NCBI RefSeq assembly: GCF_018350175.1
Contig: NC_058369.1
Coordinates: forward strand, 16,618,001 to 16,682,000
Reading direction: 5' to 3'
Source: Felis catus
Taxonomy: Eukaryota
Length of the DNA: 64,000 bases
The translations under genes were made by a program, and so were the position numbers. Positions within the stretch are counted from its first letter, which is position 1. Every line of letters starts with the position of its first letter. This document shows, in pieces, positions 13,570 through 24,622 of this stretch. Below the pieces are notes generated by a model. The model had not been told where the DNA came from, ran no database searches, and saw only the letters and a program-made list of their open reading frames with translations.

Positions 13570-14640
13570 CATTCTCCTGTTTTCCTCCTGCCCTCACTGG
13601 CTACTCCCTCCCTAATCTCTATTTGTTGGCTCTTCCTATTCTACCAGATGTCTTCAAGTTGGAGTACCCAAAATTTTGGCTGGCCTTCCTTCTTCTCTTC
13701 TCCATCTACTCTTTTCCCTCCTACCTCATCCCATATAGATTCATGGCTTTCAGTATCATCTGTAGATTGGTGACCCACCCCCCATCTCCAAACCCAACCA
13801 CTCTCTGCACTTATTTACCCAAGTGCTCACTGAACATCTCTACTTGGATCTCTCAAAAGTATCTCAAATGTAACATGGTCAAAATGGAGCTAATGACAAT
13901 TATTCTACACATGTACCAATCATAATGATTAATATATACACACACATTATAAATTTACACACACAACAACCAGATTATCTTTCAAAAGCTTAAATCAGAT
14001 CCTAGCATATACCTGCTTACGCTCTTCCTGACCTTACCTCTTTTCACAATCCTTCCTCATTCCCTAGGTTCTAGCCACATAAGCCTTCTTTCTGCACCTC
14101 AAACATTCCAAACTAATTTCTGGTCTTTTCACCTGAAGGTGCCTTCTTAGAATACTATTCCTCCTAGATTTTCGACAGACTGCTTCTTCTTTTTTTTTTT
14201 TTTTTAACATTTATTTATTTTTGGGACAGAGAGAGACAGAGTATGAACAGGGGAGGGGCAGAGAGAGAGGGAGACACAGAATTGGAAACAGACTCCAGGC
14301 TCTGAGCCATCAGCCCAGAGCCTGACGCGGGGCTCAAACTCCCGGACCGCAAGATCGTGACCTGGCTGAAGTCGGATGCTTAACCGACTGCGCCACCCAG
14401 GCGCCCCATGACTGCTTCTTCTCAATAAGATGACAGCTCAAATGTTATCCCCAAGATTCCCCATCACTCTGTATCATATTTTATTCCTAACATTTATCAA
14501 GGTGAGATTTTTTTCTTTGTAGAGTCTGTTTCCTTCCACTAGAATACAAGCTCCTTTGGGACAGGAGCTTGGTTTTATCTTGCTGACAGCTAAGTGACAA
14601 AAACAGTACTCGGAACATAGGAAGCACTCAATAAATATCT
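13570..14640 (+). mobile_element. L2 fragments interrupted by a SINE
   Basis: Pyrimidine-rich L2 body and 3' motif ccactagaatacaagctcc...gcactcaataaatat. Confidence 0.6.
14188..14407 (-). mobile_element. Young SINEC_Fc-type SINE
   Basis: Near-consensus reverse copy; TSD gactgcttcttct. Confidence 0.92.
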
Positions 14641-14844
14641 GACAACATCATTCCCACTTTCCTATCCAGCTACACTTTCTTTACACTACTCCTCAGAAGG
14701 AATTTCAATAGGTAAGATGATCTCCTCCAAATTCATAGAGATCAGTCTTGACTTCAAGAAATTTTCCCATACTGCTCTTCATTCTACCATCTTCCTCCCT
14801 CTCTCCCAGCCTCCACACCCTTATATCACCCCTCAAACGCATCT

Positions 14845-15062
14845 TTTTTTAATTTTTTTTTAACGTTTATTTATTTTTGAGACAGAGAGAGACAGAGCAT
14901 GAATGGGGGAGGGTCAGAGAGAGGGAGACACAGAATCTGAAACAGGCTCCAGGCTCTGAGCCGTCAGCACAGAGCTCGACGCGGGGCTCGAACTCACGGA
15001 CCATGAGATCACAACCTGAGCCGAAGTCGGACGCTTAACTGACTGAGCCACCCAGGTACAAC
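14845..15062 (-). mobile_element. CAN-SINE (SINEC_Fc2-like)
   Basis: Reverse SINE body with T-tail. Confidence 0.88.
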
Positions 15063-15593
15063 CCCCCCCCCCCTGCCAAACCCATCTTATTCATCCTCTC
15101 AGCCACTTTGGTCTCACCTTCATTCACTTGCCAATTATCAAGTATGTACTCAGTACTGTATGCCCTTTTCCTATCCCTTTCCTTACCACTCCAGACACTA
15201 CCACTAAACTCAACCCCTACACCATGTACTTTGCAGAGTGACAATCACATACAACCCTTGACTTCCATTTACTGTTTCTGCCTTCCCAACTAGGTTTTAA
15301 GTTACAAAGAGACAAAGGCTACTCTTGTCCTTAGTGTGTAATCCCCCCCTCGGTTTACCATCCCTAGCATAAATTCTCATTACTTTTTGAATCAAAGAAA
15401 TCCCTTAACAAGAGTACCATGTTTTAACTTTCTCATCTCAAGCAATTCTCAAAGGAAAAGAGGGAAACACCTAAAAAGTGACCCTAGAAAAAAATAAGCC
15501 ATACAGGCCATAAATTAATTCATAACATTTGCTCTACTCTCTCATCCGAAAAACAGGACCCAAGAGGACAAGTGAATTAAAACATTGATGAGA

Positions 15594-16995
15594 GGGGTGC
15601 CTGGGTGGCTCAGTCGGTTAAGTGTCCGACTTCGGCTCAGGTCATGATCCTGCGGTTTGTGAGTTCGAGCCCCGCATCGGGCTCTGTGCTGACAACTTGG
15701 AGCCTGGAGCCTGCTTCAGATTCTGTGTCTCCCTCTCTCTCTGCCCCTCCCCCATTTGTGCTCTGTCTCTCAAAAAGGAATAAATGTAAAAAGAAAAAAA
15801 AAATTAAAACACTGATGAGAAATGTGTGACTTATGTAAATAATAAAACCATGAATACCACACTGCTTTTCATGAAAGGCGTAGAAACTTTAGGCAAAGCC
15901 CTTTGGGATGAATATGCTAGCCTGAATTAGTGCCAATGGACCTGATAAACAGAAGCACTATTTCTCACTCATTTTAAGTCCTCATCTTCAACTATCATAG
16001 TATCTGAAGCATACAGAGAGCTCCAGATAGAGGCTCATGTATACAGATTAAATCTAGAAAAAAAATTCATGAAATGTTATTCAAGTTACAGGCAAGAAGA
16101 TTCTCACAGGAAATAATTTGATCAAAACAGAGAGATAGATAGATATAGATCAAAACTGTATCTCTCTCCCCCAATATCATACCCATCAACTATTCTTATA
16201 TCCCAAAAGCTTAAACTTTAATACAGAATGCCTACAGGGGCGCCTGGGTGGCTCAGTCGGTTAAGCATCTGACTCTTGATTTCAGATCAAGTCATGATCT
16301 TGTGGTTTGTGGGTTCGAGCCCTGCATCGGGCTCTTCTCTGTCAGTATAGAGCCTGCTTGGGATTCTTTCTTTTTTTCTTTCTCTCTCTCTCTCTGCCTC
16401 TCCCTGCTCATGCTCACTCTCTAATTCAATAAACTGTAAAAAATAGAGAACCTACATATTATGGTGATTAAAGCTAATAACTTATTTTCTTTAAACAAGC
16501 AATCACTTTGTAAACAAACACAGCTGATCTTTAGAGTTCCATAGTCACTGAGGGAAGGTAAGAATATCATCCCAAATGTTAACAATTGTATATTTACCTG
16601 AAATGTTTCTAAATTTGTCTTCCAAATTAGTTTGCAGGAGCACCTGCATTAAGTGAATTATGTTTTCTTCAAGCAATCTTTTTCCAAAACCCATAAACTG
16701 GGGTGTATGGTGATTTTGAACATTTTAAGGCCTGTTACATACAAATGAGTTTCACAGGGCACATGGATGGCTCAGCCAGTTAGGTGGCTGACTCTTAATT
16801 TCGGCTCAGGTCGTGATCTCACATTTCATGGGACCGAGCCCCACGCAGAGCTCTGCACTCACTGTGCAGAGCTTGCTTGGGATTCTCCCTGCCCCCAGCC
16901 CTCCACCCCCCCTCCTGCCCCTCATTGCACTTGCAGTCCCTCTCCCTCTCTCTCAAAATAAATAAATATACATTTTTTTAAATAAATAAAAACAA
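15594..16995 (+). mobile_element. Three CAN-SINEs (15594-15810, 16237-16445, 16757-16995)
   Basis: Heads, CT tracts and tails visible for each; near-TSD aattaaaaca(t/c)tgatgaga around the first. Confidence 0.85.
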
Positions 16996-18569
16996 ATGGA
17001 TTTCACTACCTTTATTCACTATTTGGGGTTAAATCTCAAATTACCTGTTTTATTTTCCTCACTGAGCAAATGTGGGAGGGGATACCCAGTACCAAACAAT
17101 CTTTAAAACACAGAAATGCATAAATGCTGAAATTCAATTTTAGTACCAGGCAATGAACCACAACAGAAAGAGTGGAGGATAAGTTCTTAGTGAGCTGGTC
17201 ACATTACACTATTGTCTTACAGCCCCATTAGACCATCACCACTACAAGCAGCTAACAATGCTTCCTATTTGGGGGGTAGTAGGTTTAATGCTTTACATAC
17301 ATCTAGCTTATCTTGTCCTCAAAACTATGAAGGGTGTACTACTTGTATTCTCATTTTGCAAATGGAGAAACCTAACATCATAGCTAGCAAAGTGACAGAG
17401 ACAAGTATCCAGGCTTTTTTGACTGCAGAGCCCTTGCTCTTTAACAAATATTTATTAGCTATTACCCAGAACTGGGAGCAAAGGGCAAAAAGTTTCAGAG
17501 AAATATATTTTGACTCAGTGTACTAGTAATTTATCTACCTAGCAACAGAAGGGGCTGTATCGTGAAACAGAGTAACAGTCCTGATGGTCATGTGTCTATT
17601 ACAACTCCTAAATTGGATGCAAGAAATCATTCGGGTTTTTTTCCCCCATCTCAACTTCAGACTAGATTCTTCTATGAAGAGCTACTATACTGAAAGGTGT
17701 GTCATACCAAGAGTCTGAGGGAGATGGCTAACTATAGACAGACCTGTAGGATATAAACTAGTTAATGTTTAAAAAGCTGTACCTATCCTGTATTTTAGCA
17801 GGTGACTACTTAATGCCAGTCTTCCAGTCCTACTCTTGCTTAACCACATTAAACAGAAACAGGAAAATAGATGGTGGTCAGTTCCTTCATGTGGTTATAG
17901 ATGCTGATGCAAATTGGCTCTTTAAAATCCACTTTCAAAATTAAAACAATGAAAGTAAAACATGTGATGTGATTAAATCTACACATGAGACAAAAGAGGT
18001 TTCTCTTTTTATACACAAATAATTCAGGATCTTTCTCTTTCATAAACCTGCTTTCTTTTGTGTTAATATTAAAAATGCTTCTAAAAATAATTTCATTTTT
18101 TCATGTTTCACATGTTTGTTATAAATCTAAAAAAAAAAAAATCTACATGGGCTGCATTTAATTTTGGTAGCACAATGAATACAGCAACTCAGAAAGTTCC
18201 TAGAATAAATTACCACCAGACCAAAACCAAAACACACCAAAAAGGTATAAAGGTCAGTTTTCTTCAGGAACACCACCTTAAACATAATAGCCACCATTTA
18301 TTTTCTGACTGTTGTGAAGTTTAAGTATTTTCCCCAAAATAGCACATTAGTGCTTGAGGTGTAAAAAAGAAAGATTTCAAGTCAGCTAACACAAGTAGAA
18401 GTATGGCAAAGATACCCATGCCTAAAAACAAAAACAAACCCTGAAATACTTATTCTTACAAGGCAAAGCTGATGATAATGTAAGATCATTGTGAATTAAA
18501 TGCACTTAAAAAAAAAAAAAAAAGCACCACCCCTCACACTTTCATGCATGGAAAATGAAGGTTAAAATA

Positions 18570-19230
18570 AAATGCAAAGGTTATCCATGTGATAGCAAAA
18601 GACTGGAAATAGCCTAAATGTTCATCAAAAGAGTGTTTGAGTAACTCTGCCACATCCATTCAATGAAGCAGTACACAACATTAAAAGCAATGATGAAGAG
18701 CTCTGTATACTCTTCTGGTATGATCTCCAGAATACATTGTTAAGTGAACAGCAAGACACAAACAGCATGTTTTGTGTGCTTCTATGTTCAAAATGGAAGA
18801 CTCAACCAAAATTAAACATAATTATTACATGTTAAAGGACATGGTAAAAAAAATAAGAATGAAAGCTATGCCTCTTTGAACATTCTTTTATTACAGTAAC
18901 TTTGGAATCATGTAAAATGATGCATTTTTTTTAATGAGAAAATAAAAAAATAATTTCTAGAAATTCAAACTATTAAAACTATACCAAATTGGTGACTGGC
19001 ACGAACATGAAGAAAAGTTGAACTATTTTGACTAAAAATACCTTCCTGGAATATATCCTGAAGGTAAAAAAAAAAAAAAAATCATAAAGAAATCTTACAC
19101 TGTTATAGTCTGTTATAATAATACTGGTATTACCACTGAAACTGTCACATAAAAATGGATAAAGCAAATAAGCCATTCCATTAATGTCATTAGGAACTAA
19201 GATTTTCAACATAAAAGTGGCATGTTTTAA
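18570..19230 (+). mobile_element. Old L1 (L1MC/ME-type) 3' fragments
   Basis: gcaaaagactggaaatagcctaaatgttcatc...tgatctccagaatacattgttaagtgaa motifs. Confidence 0.6.
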
Positions 19231-19243
19231 AATAAAAACTTTA

Positions 19244-19460
19244 GGGGCGCCTGGGTGGCACAGTCGGTTAAGCGTCCGACTTCAGCCAGGTCACGATCTC
19301 GCGGTCCGTGAGTTCGAGCCCCGCGTCAGGCTCTGGGCTGATGGCTCAGAGCCTGGAGCCTGTTTCCGATTCTGTGTCTCCTTCTCTCTCTGCCCCTCCC
19401 CCGTTCATGCTCTCTCTCTCTCTCTCTCTCTGTCCCAAAAATAAATAAACGTTGAAAAAA

Positions 19461-19503
<43 letters not shown>

Positions 19504-19905
19504 ATAGAAACTTTAGGACACCTGGATGGCTCAATCAATTAAGGGGTAGACTCTCGGGTCTCCGCTCAGGTCATGATCTCATGGTTCAGGAGTTTGAGCC
19601 ATGTGTTGACCTCTGCACTGACAGCGCAGAGCCTACTTGGGATTGTGTCTCTCCCTCTCTCTGCCCGTCCCAGCTCTCTCTCTAAATAAAAAAAAAACTT
19701 AAGTAAATAAAGCTGAAAGAGTACTACTCTATTTACTTCAAAGAGAGGATCAAGGAGAACATCAATTTAAAATCCTCCATACGTAGGGTCACCTGGCCAG
19801 CTCAGTAGGTGGACATGCAACCCTTGATCTCAGGGTTGTGAGTTCGAGCTCCATGTTGGGTGTGGAGATTACTTAAAAATAGAACCTTAAAAAAAATAAA
19901 TAAAA
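19244..19905 (+). mobile_element. SINE cluster: young SINEC_Fc (19244-19506, (AAAT)n tail), older SINEC (19516-19705), short SINEC (19787-19905)
   Basis: Young copy flanked by aaactttagg duplication directly in front of the older head. Confidence 0.9.
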
Positions 19906-20100
19906 TCCTCCATATAGTGCCTGGCACATAGTTAATACGCAAAATAAATGGGCATTGTTAGCAATTTGGATACATATTTGTAAGATTCTTTAACAACAGC
20001 ATTTACTCATAATGCATAAAAATATAAATCACTATGATGTACACCTGAAATTAATAAGATACTGATGTCAATTACGGTTCAGTTAAAAAAAAATAGTTTT

Positions 20101-20810
20101 GGGGCACCTGGATGGCTCAGTTGGTTAAGCGTCCGACTCTTGATTTCAGCTCAGGTCATGATCTCATAGTTCGTGGGTTCGGGCACTGTACTGGGTTCTG
20201 TGTGGACAGTGCAGAGCCTGCTTGGGATTCTCATTCTCTCTGCCCCGCCTCCCCTACCCCACTTGCTATCTCTCTCAAAATAAAAATAAACTTAAATAGT
20301 CTTGGGGCGCCTACGTAGCTCAGTCAGTTAAGCAGCCTACTTCAGCTAGGGTCACGATCTCTCGGTTCATGAGTTCGAGACCCGCATCGGGCTCTGTGCT
20401 AACAGCTCGGAGCCTGGAGCCTGGAGCCTGCTTGGGATTCTGTGTGTGTGAGTGTGTGCGCATGTGTGTGTGCGTGCGCATGTGTGTGTGCGCGCGCATG
20501 TGTGTGTGCGTGTGTGTGACTTGTCTGTCTCTCCCCCACTCACACTCTTTGTCTCTCAAAAATAAACATTAAGAAAAAAAATTTTTTTAAATAGTCTTGG
20601 GGTACTTGGGTGGCTCAGTCAGTTAAGCTTCCAGTTCTTGATTTCAGCTCAGGTCATGATCTCTCTCGGTTCATAGGATTGAGCCCCAGGTCAGGCTCCA
20701 CACAGATAGCATGGGTTCTGCTCCAGATTCTCTCTCTCCCTCCCTCTCTGCCCCTACCACCCCACTTGTTTGCATGCTCTTGCTCTCAAAATAAACTTAA
20801 AAAAAAAATA
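20101..20810 (+). mobile_element. Three head-to-tail CAN-SINEs (20101, 20304, 20599)
   Basis: Each bounded by aaatagt(c/t)t. Confidence 0.9.
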
Positions 20811-21129
20811 GTCTCCACTTTTAGAAAATAAGCATAAATAGCAAAGACCTTCCTCATTTTTATATCCCCAGGTCTTGTCACTAAAAAGGTGCATAGTAAA
20901 TAATTTTAAACAAATGAATAGAGACACAGAAGTAGGAGGTGAAAGGTAGAGAGAGACTGAGGAGAATGGTAAAAATACAGAGTAGCTACAGAAGTTGAAA
21001 AGTTACACTTAACTGTAGTCTTTAGGCCAGTGCCATCTGGCTAAGTTTGTTACATATCTACAAGTACAGAAATTGAGACCAGAGTTTGGAAACTTTTATA
21101 GCAATTTGACCTTGACCAGTGATCAGTTG

Positions 21130-21430
21130 GCTTATACTTTTTTAAGCTTTTTATTTTGAAATAATTACAGATTGACAGGAAGTTACAAAAATAGTACAAA
21201 GAGTCTCTGTACACTTCACCCAGCCCCCTCCAATGGTGACATCTTACATAGCTGGGGTCCAATATCAAAACCAGGAAATTTACATTGGTACATTACTGTT
21301 CACCAGATTAGACCTTATTCAGTTTTCACCATTCTTTTTAACCTGCATTCATATTCATTTTTGTGTGCAAGTAGCTCTATGCAAAACTATTCATGTAACC
21401 ACCACCACAATGAAGATACAAAACTGTTCA
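21130..21430 (-). mobile_element. Old L1 3' end fragment
   Basis: ttttattttgaaataattacagattgacaggaagttacaaaaatagtacaaagagt...ccaggaaatttacattggtaca pattern typical of reverse L1MB/MC 3' ends. Confidence 0.65.
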
Positions 21431-21777
21431 ACCAGTGGCGTTGGATTCTTAATTTTTCACTTCATTTTTCTAGGACTTCATTTTTATTGTATGTTTTTAA
21501 GGTATACCAATCCATGATAAACTACAGGCAGTTTGAGAAACACTAGATGATGTGCAAATTGGCTTTATCCTATTTAGAACCCCTTATTTCCTAATAATTG
21601 ATAACTGGACTTACTCTCCTGTTAGGTAACAGAAAATCCAAAACTGAAGCATATACAAAAAGTCCCCATTTTTTATATGTTAGGGTTTTACTGCTATCTA
21701 ACAAAGTTCAGATATTCTTCATTCCTACAGACCAAGGTAAACAAAAGCCAGGATTTTACTTTAAAAAAAGAATGTGT

Positions 21778-22480
21778 GGGGCGCCTGGGTGGCGCAGTCG
21801 GTTAAGCGTCCGGCTTCAGCCAGGTCACGATCTCGCTGTCCGTGAGTTCGAGCCCCGCGTCGGGCTCTGGGCTGATGGCTCAGAGCCTGGAGCCTGTTTC
21901 CGATGCTGTGTCTCCCTCTCTCTATGCCCCTCCCCTGTTCATGCTCTGTCTCTCTCTGTCCCAAAAATAAAAAAAATAAAAAAATAAAAATAAAAAAAAA
22001 ATAAAAAAAGAAAGTGTGAGGAACAGATATCAGGACCTTTAAAAAAAAAAAAAAAAAGACCTCTACACACACTTCACGATGCTTGTCCAAAATTTCCTTT
22101 TGGGGCATCTGGGTGGCTCAGTCAGTTGATATTGGCTCAGGTCATGATCTCACAGTTCGTGCGTTCAAGCCCCACATAAGGCTCCACACTATCAGTTTGG
22201 GGATTCTCTCTCCCTCTCTCTCTGCCCTTCCCCCTAGCAAACTCTGCACATGCTTTCAAAATAAATAAACTTAAAAAAAAAAAAAAAAAAAACATCGGAG
22301 CACCAGGGTGGCTCAGTCAGTTAAGCATCCAACTTCGGCACAAGTCATAATCTCACAGTTCATGAGTTCGAGCCCCACATGGGGCTCTCTGCTTGTCAGC
22401 GCAGAGCCCCCTTCAGAACTTCTGTCACCCTCTCTGCTGCACTCTCTCTCTCAAAAATAAATATTTTAAAAAATATATCA
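21778..22480 (+). mobile_element. Three CAN-SINEs (21778 young Fc-type, 22102, 22297)
   Basis: Heads, CT tracts, tails. Confidence 0.88.
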
Positions 22481-22639
22481 AAAATCTTCTTTTTGGATTT
22501 CTTTTTTACCTTCCCAGATTCCTGAAAACATACTAGAATCATTTCTTACCTGGAGCTTTGAGAAATGTTTCAATATGTTTAGACCATCTGTCCTCTATTA
22601 AGATACTTTCAGCTCCCGGCCCACACTTTCTACACTCTT

Positions 22640-23082
22640 GTGACAGTAAACTACATTGCTCCTCTGACACAAATAGCATGTGCTAGAGGAAGACTGAAAA
22701 GCTGGAAAGGTAGGAGGGAACTTGTTCCTTCCTACTGGGCACAGTTCCCACATGTATTGATCCACGAATACACTTCTCCCGGGTGCTGATTGCAGTTTCT
22801 ACCTTTCTTCCATAATCCCAGACCAGCCTGACTGCAACTCCTCAGACACCAGCATGTCCAAATACCCCCGTCCTCAGAGATCTCGGCTCCAAGGGGCCCT
22901 ACTCCAAGCTTCTGGGTTCTGAGAACCACACCCTTTTTCCCTTTTTCCTCTCAGCGCTAAGATGGGTAGTTACTTCCTGCCTTTCTATCACTACTACCTT
23001 CAGAGTCCCCTTTTCATTTTCTCAGTTCTCCAAAAACCCTTTTGACCAATTCCTTACATTAAATTCTATATTCTGACTGATA
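22640..23082 (+). mobile_element. ERVL-class solo LTR (LTR33/LTR41-like)
   Basis: 3' part gggtagttacttcctgc...ttctcagttctcc...ccaattccttacattaaattc...ctgactgata resembles recalled LTR33 family. Confidence 0.5.
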
Positions 23083-23140
23083 TAGAGAAAAACAACGTGA
23101 AAGTTTAAAGCTTCTTCTTAAAAGTTTATAATAATTTAGA

Positions 23141-23363
23141 ATTTTTTTTAATTTTTTTTTTTAACGTTTATTTATTTTTGAGACAGAGAGAGACAGAGCA
23201 TGAACGGGGGAGGGTCAGAGAGAGGGAGACACAGAATCTGAAACAGGCTCCAGGCTCTGAGCTGTCAGCACAGAGCCCGACGTGGGGCTCGAACTCACGG
23301 ACCGTGAGATCATGACCTAAGCCGAAGTTGGACACTTAACCGACCGAGTCACCCAGGCGCCCC
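23141..23363 (-). mobile_element. CAN-SINE (SINEC_Fc2-like)
   Basis: Reverse copy; TSD taatttagaatt. Confidence 0.9.
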
Positions 23364-23464
23364 TAATTTAGAATTATTCTAATATCACTGTGATATTCAT
23401 CACTAATGCCAAGTTGGGGTACAATGAGCTTCTTTCCAAGACACTCTAAAAAAGCATAAAACAC

Positions 23465-23685
23465 GGGGTGCCTGGGTGGCGCAGTCGGTTAAGCGTCCGA
23501 CTTCAGCCAGGTCACGATCTCACGGTCCGTGAGTTCGAGCCCCGCGTCGGGCTCTGGGCTGATGGCTCAGAGCCTGGAGCCTGTTTCCGATTCTGTGTCT
23601 CCCTCTCTCTCTGCCACTCCCCCGTTCATGCTCTGTCTCTCTCTGTCCCAAAAATAAAATAAAACGTTGAAAAAAAAAAGTAAAA
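23465..23685 (+). mobile_element. Young SINEC_Fc-type SINE
   Basis: Near-consensus; TSD taaaaaagcataaaa. Confidence 0.92.
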
Positions 23686-23788
23686 AAGCATAAAAATAGG
23701 ATGGGCCATGCTTTCCTGAAAATTTAACCTATCTTAAAACTTTACATAAGCAGTCTTGGAAATGATTTTTTTCATCAGTGTTCTAGAG

Positions 23789-24100
23789 CAAGTATAGGCA
23801 AATTTTCTATTAAGAGCCAGAAAGTAAATATTTCAGGCTTTACAGGCCATGCAGTCTCTGTCACATCTATTCAACTCTTGTGTGAAAGCAGCCATATACA
23901 ATAGCTGAATGAGTGTGGCTGTGCTCCAATAACTCTATTTACTGACATAAAAACTCCAATGTCATATCATTTTACATGTCACAAGATACTATTCTTTCAG
24001 TTTTTTTAACCACTTAAAAGATATAATTATTATTAATTCATAGTCTGTACTAACACAGGCAAGGCTGGACTTGGCCCACTGGCTAGTTTGCCAACCCCTA
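23789..24100 (+). mobile_element. MER58B-like hAT-Charlie MITE
   Basis: Degenerate TIRs (caagtataggcaaa ... tttgccaacccct) and 8-bp hAT-type TSD ttctagag/ttctagac. Confidence 0.8.
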
Positions 24101-24424
24101 TTCTAGACCACACCTCTTACAAAATCAAAGTATGATATTTGTTGATGAGCTCAAAAGCAATTTAGTTTAAACCTAGGCTTAAACTAGAACTAATCTGAAA
24201 CTCCATGGAGAGAAAACAATGTTACTTACCCTCTTCAAACTTTCTTTTGATGAAAACAAAAGATTAGAAAATTTACTAACCAAGAAATTTCATCAAAGTA
24301 TGATCTAGGCTCAATTTAAGCATTCACCAACCTTTCATATCTTCTTTCTATCTACATAATACCATAAAAATAAGCACTGGGTTTTTTTGGTGGGGCGGGG
24401 GGCGGGGGGGGAGGTTGGTTTTTG

Positions 24425-24622
24425 TGTGCGTGGCTGTGTTCCAACAAAACTTCATTTATAAGTAGTAAAATGTGAATTTCATATAATTTTCATATGTCAC
24501 GAGGTATTCTTTTGATTTTATCCCCCACCATTAAAAAATGTAAAAACCACTCTTAGCTCATAGGTACAAAATAGGTGGTCCACCAGACTTGGCTTGTGAG
24601 CCATAGTTTACACCAACCCTTG
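24425..24622 (+). mobile_element. Second, partial MER58B-like fragment
   Basis: gtggctgtgttccaacaaaacttcatttat...gccatagtttacaccaaccct resembles the copy at 23789. Confidence 0.7.

Noticed and set aside
19787..19905. tRNA-Lys-like sequences (also ~6165, ~51738, ~58022)
   Set aside because: Short CAN-SINEs with SINE tails and degenerate stems, not functional tRNA genes.
22540..22600. Strong minus-strand donor CAG|GTAAGA near 22549
   Set aside because: No convincing pyrimidine-rich acceptor nearby; isolated donor-like motifs are common.
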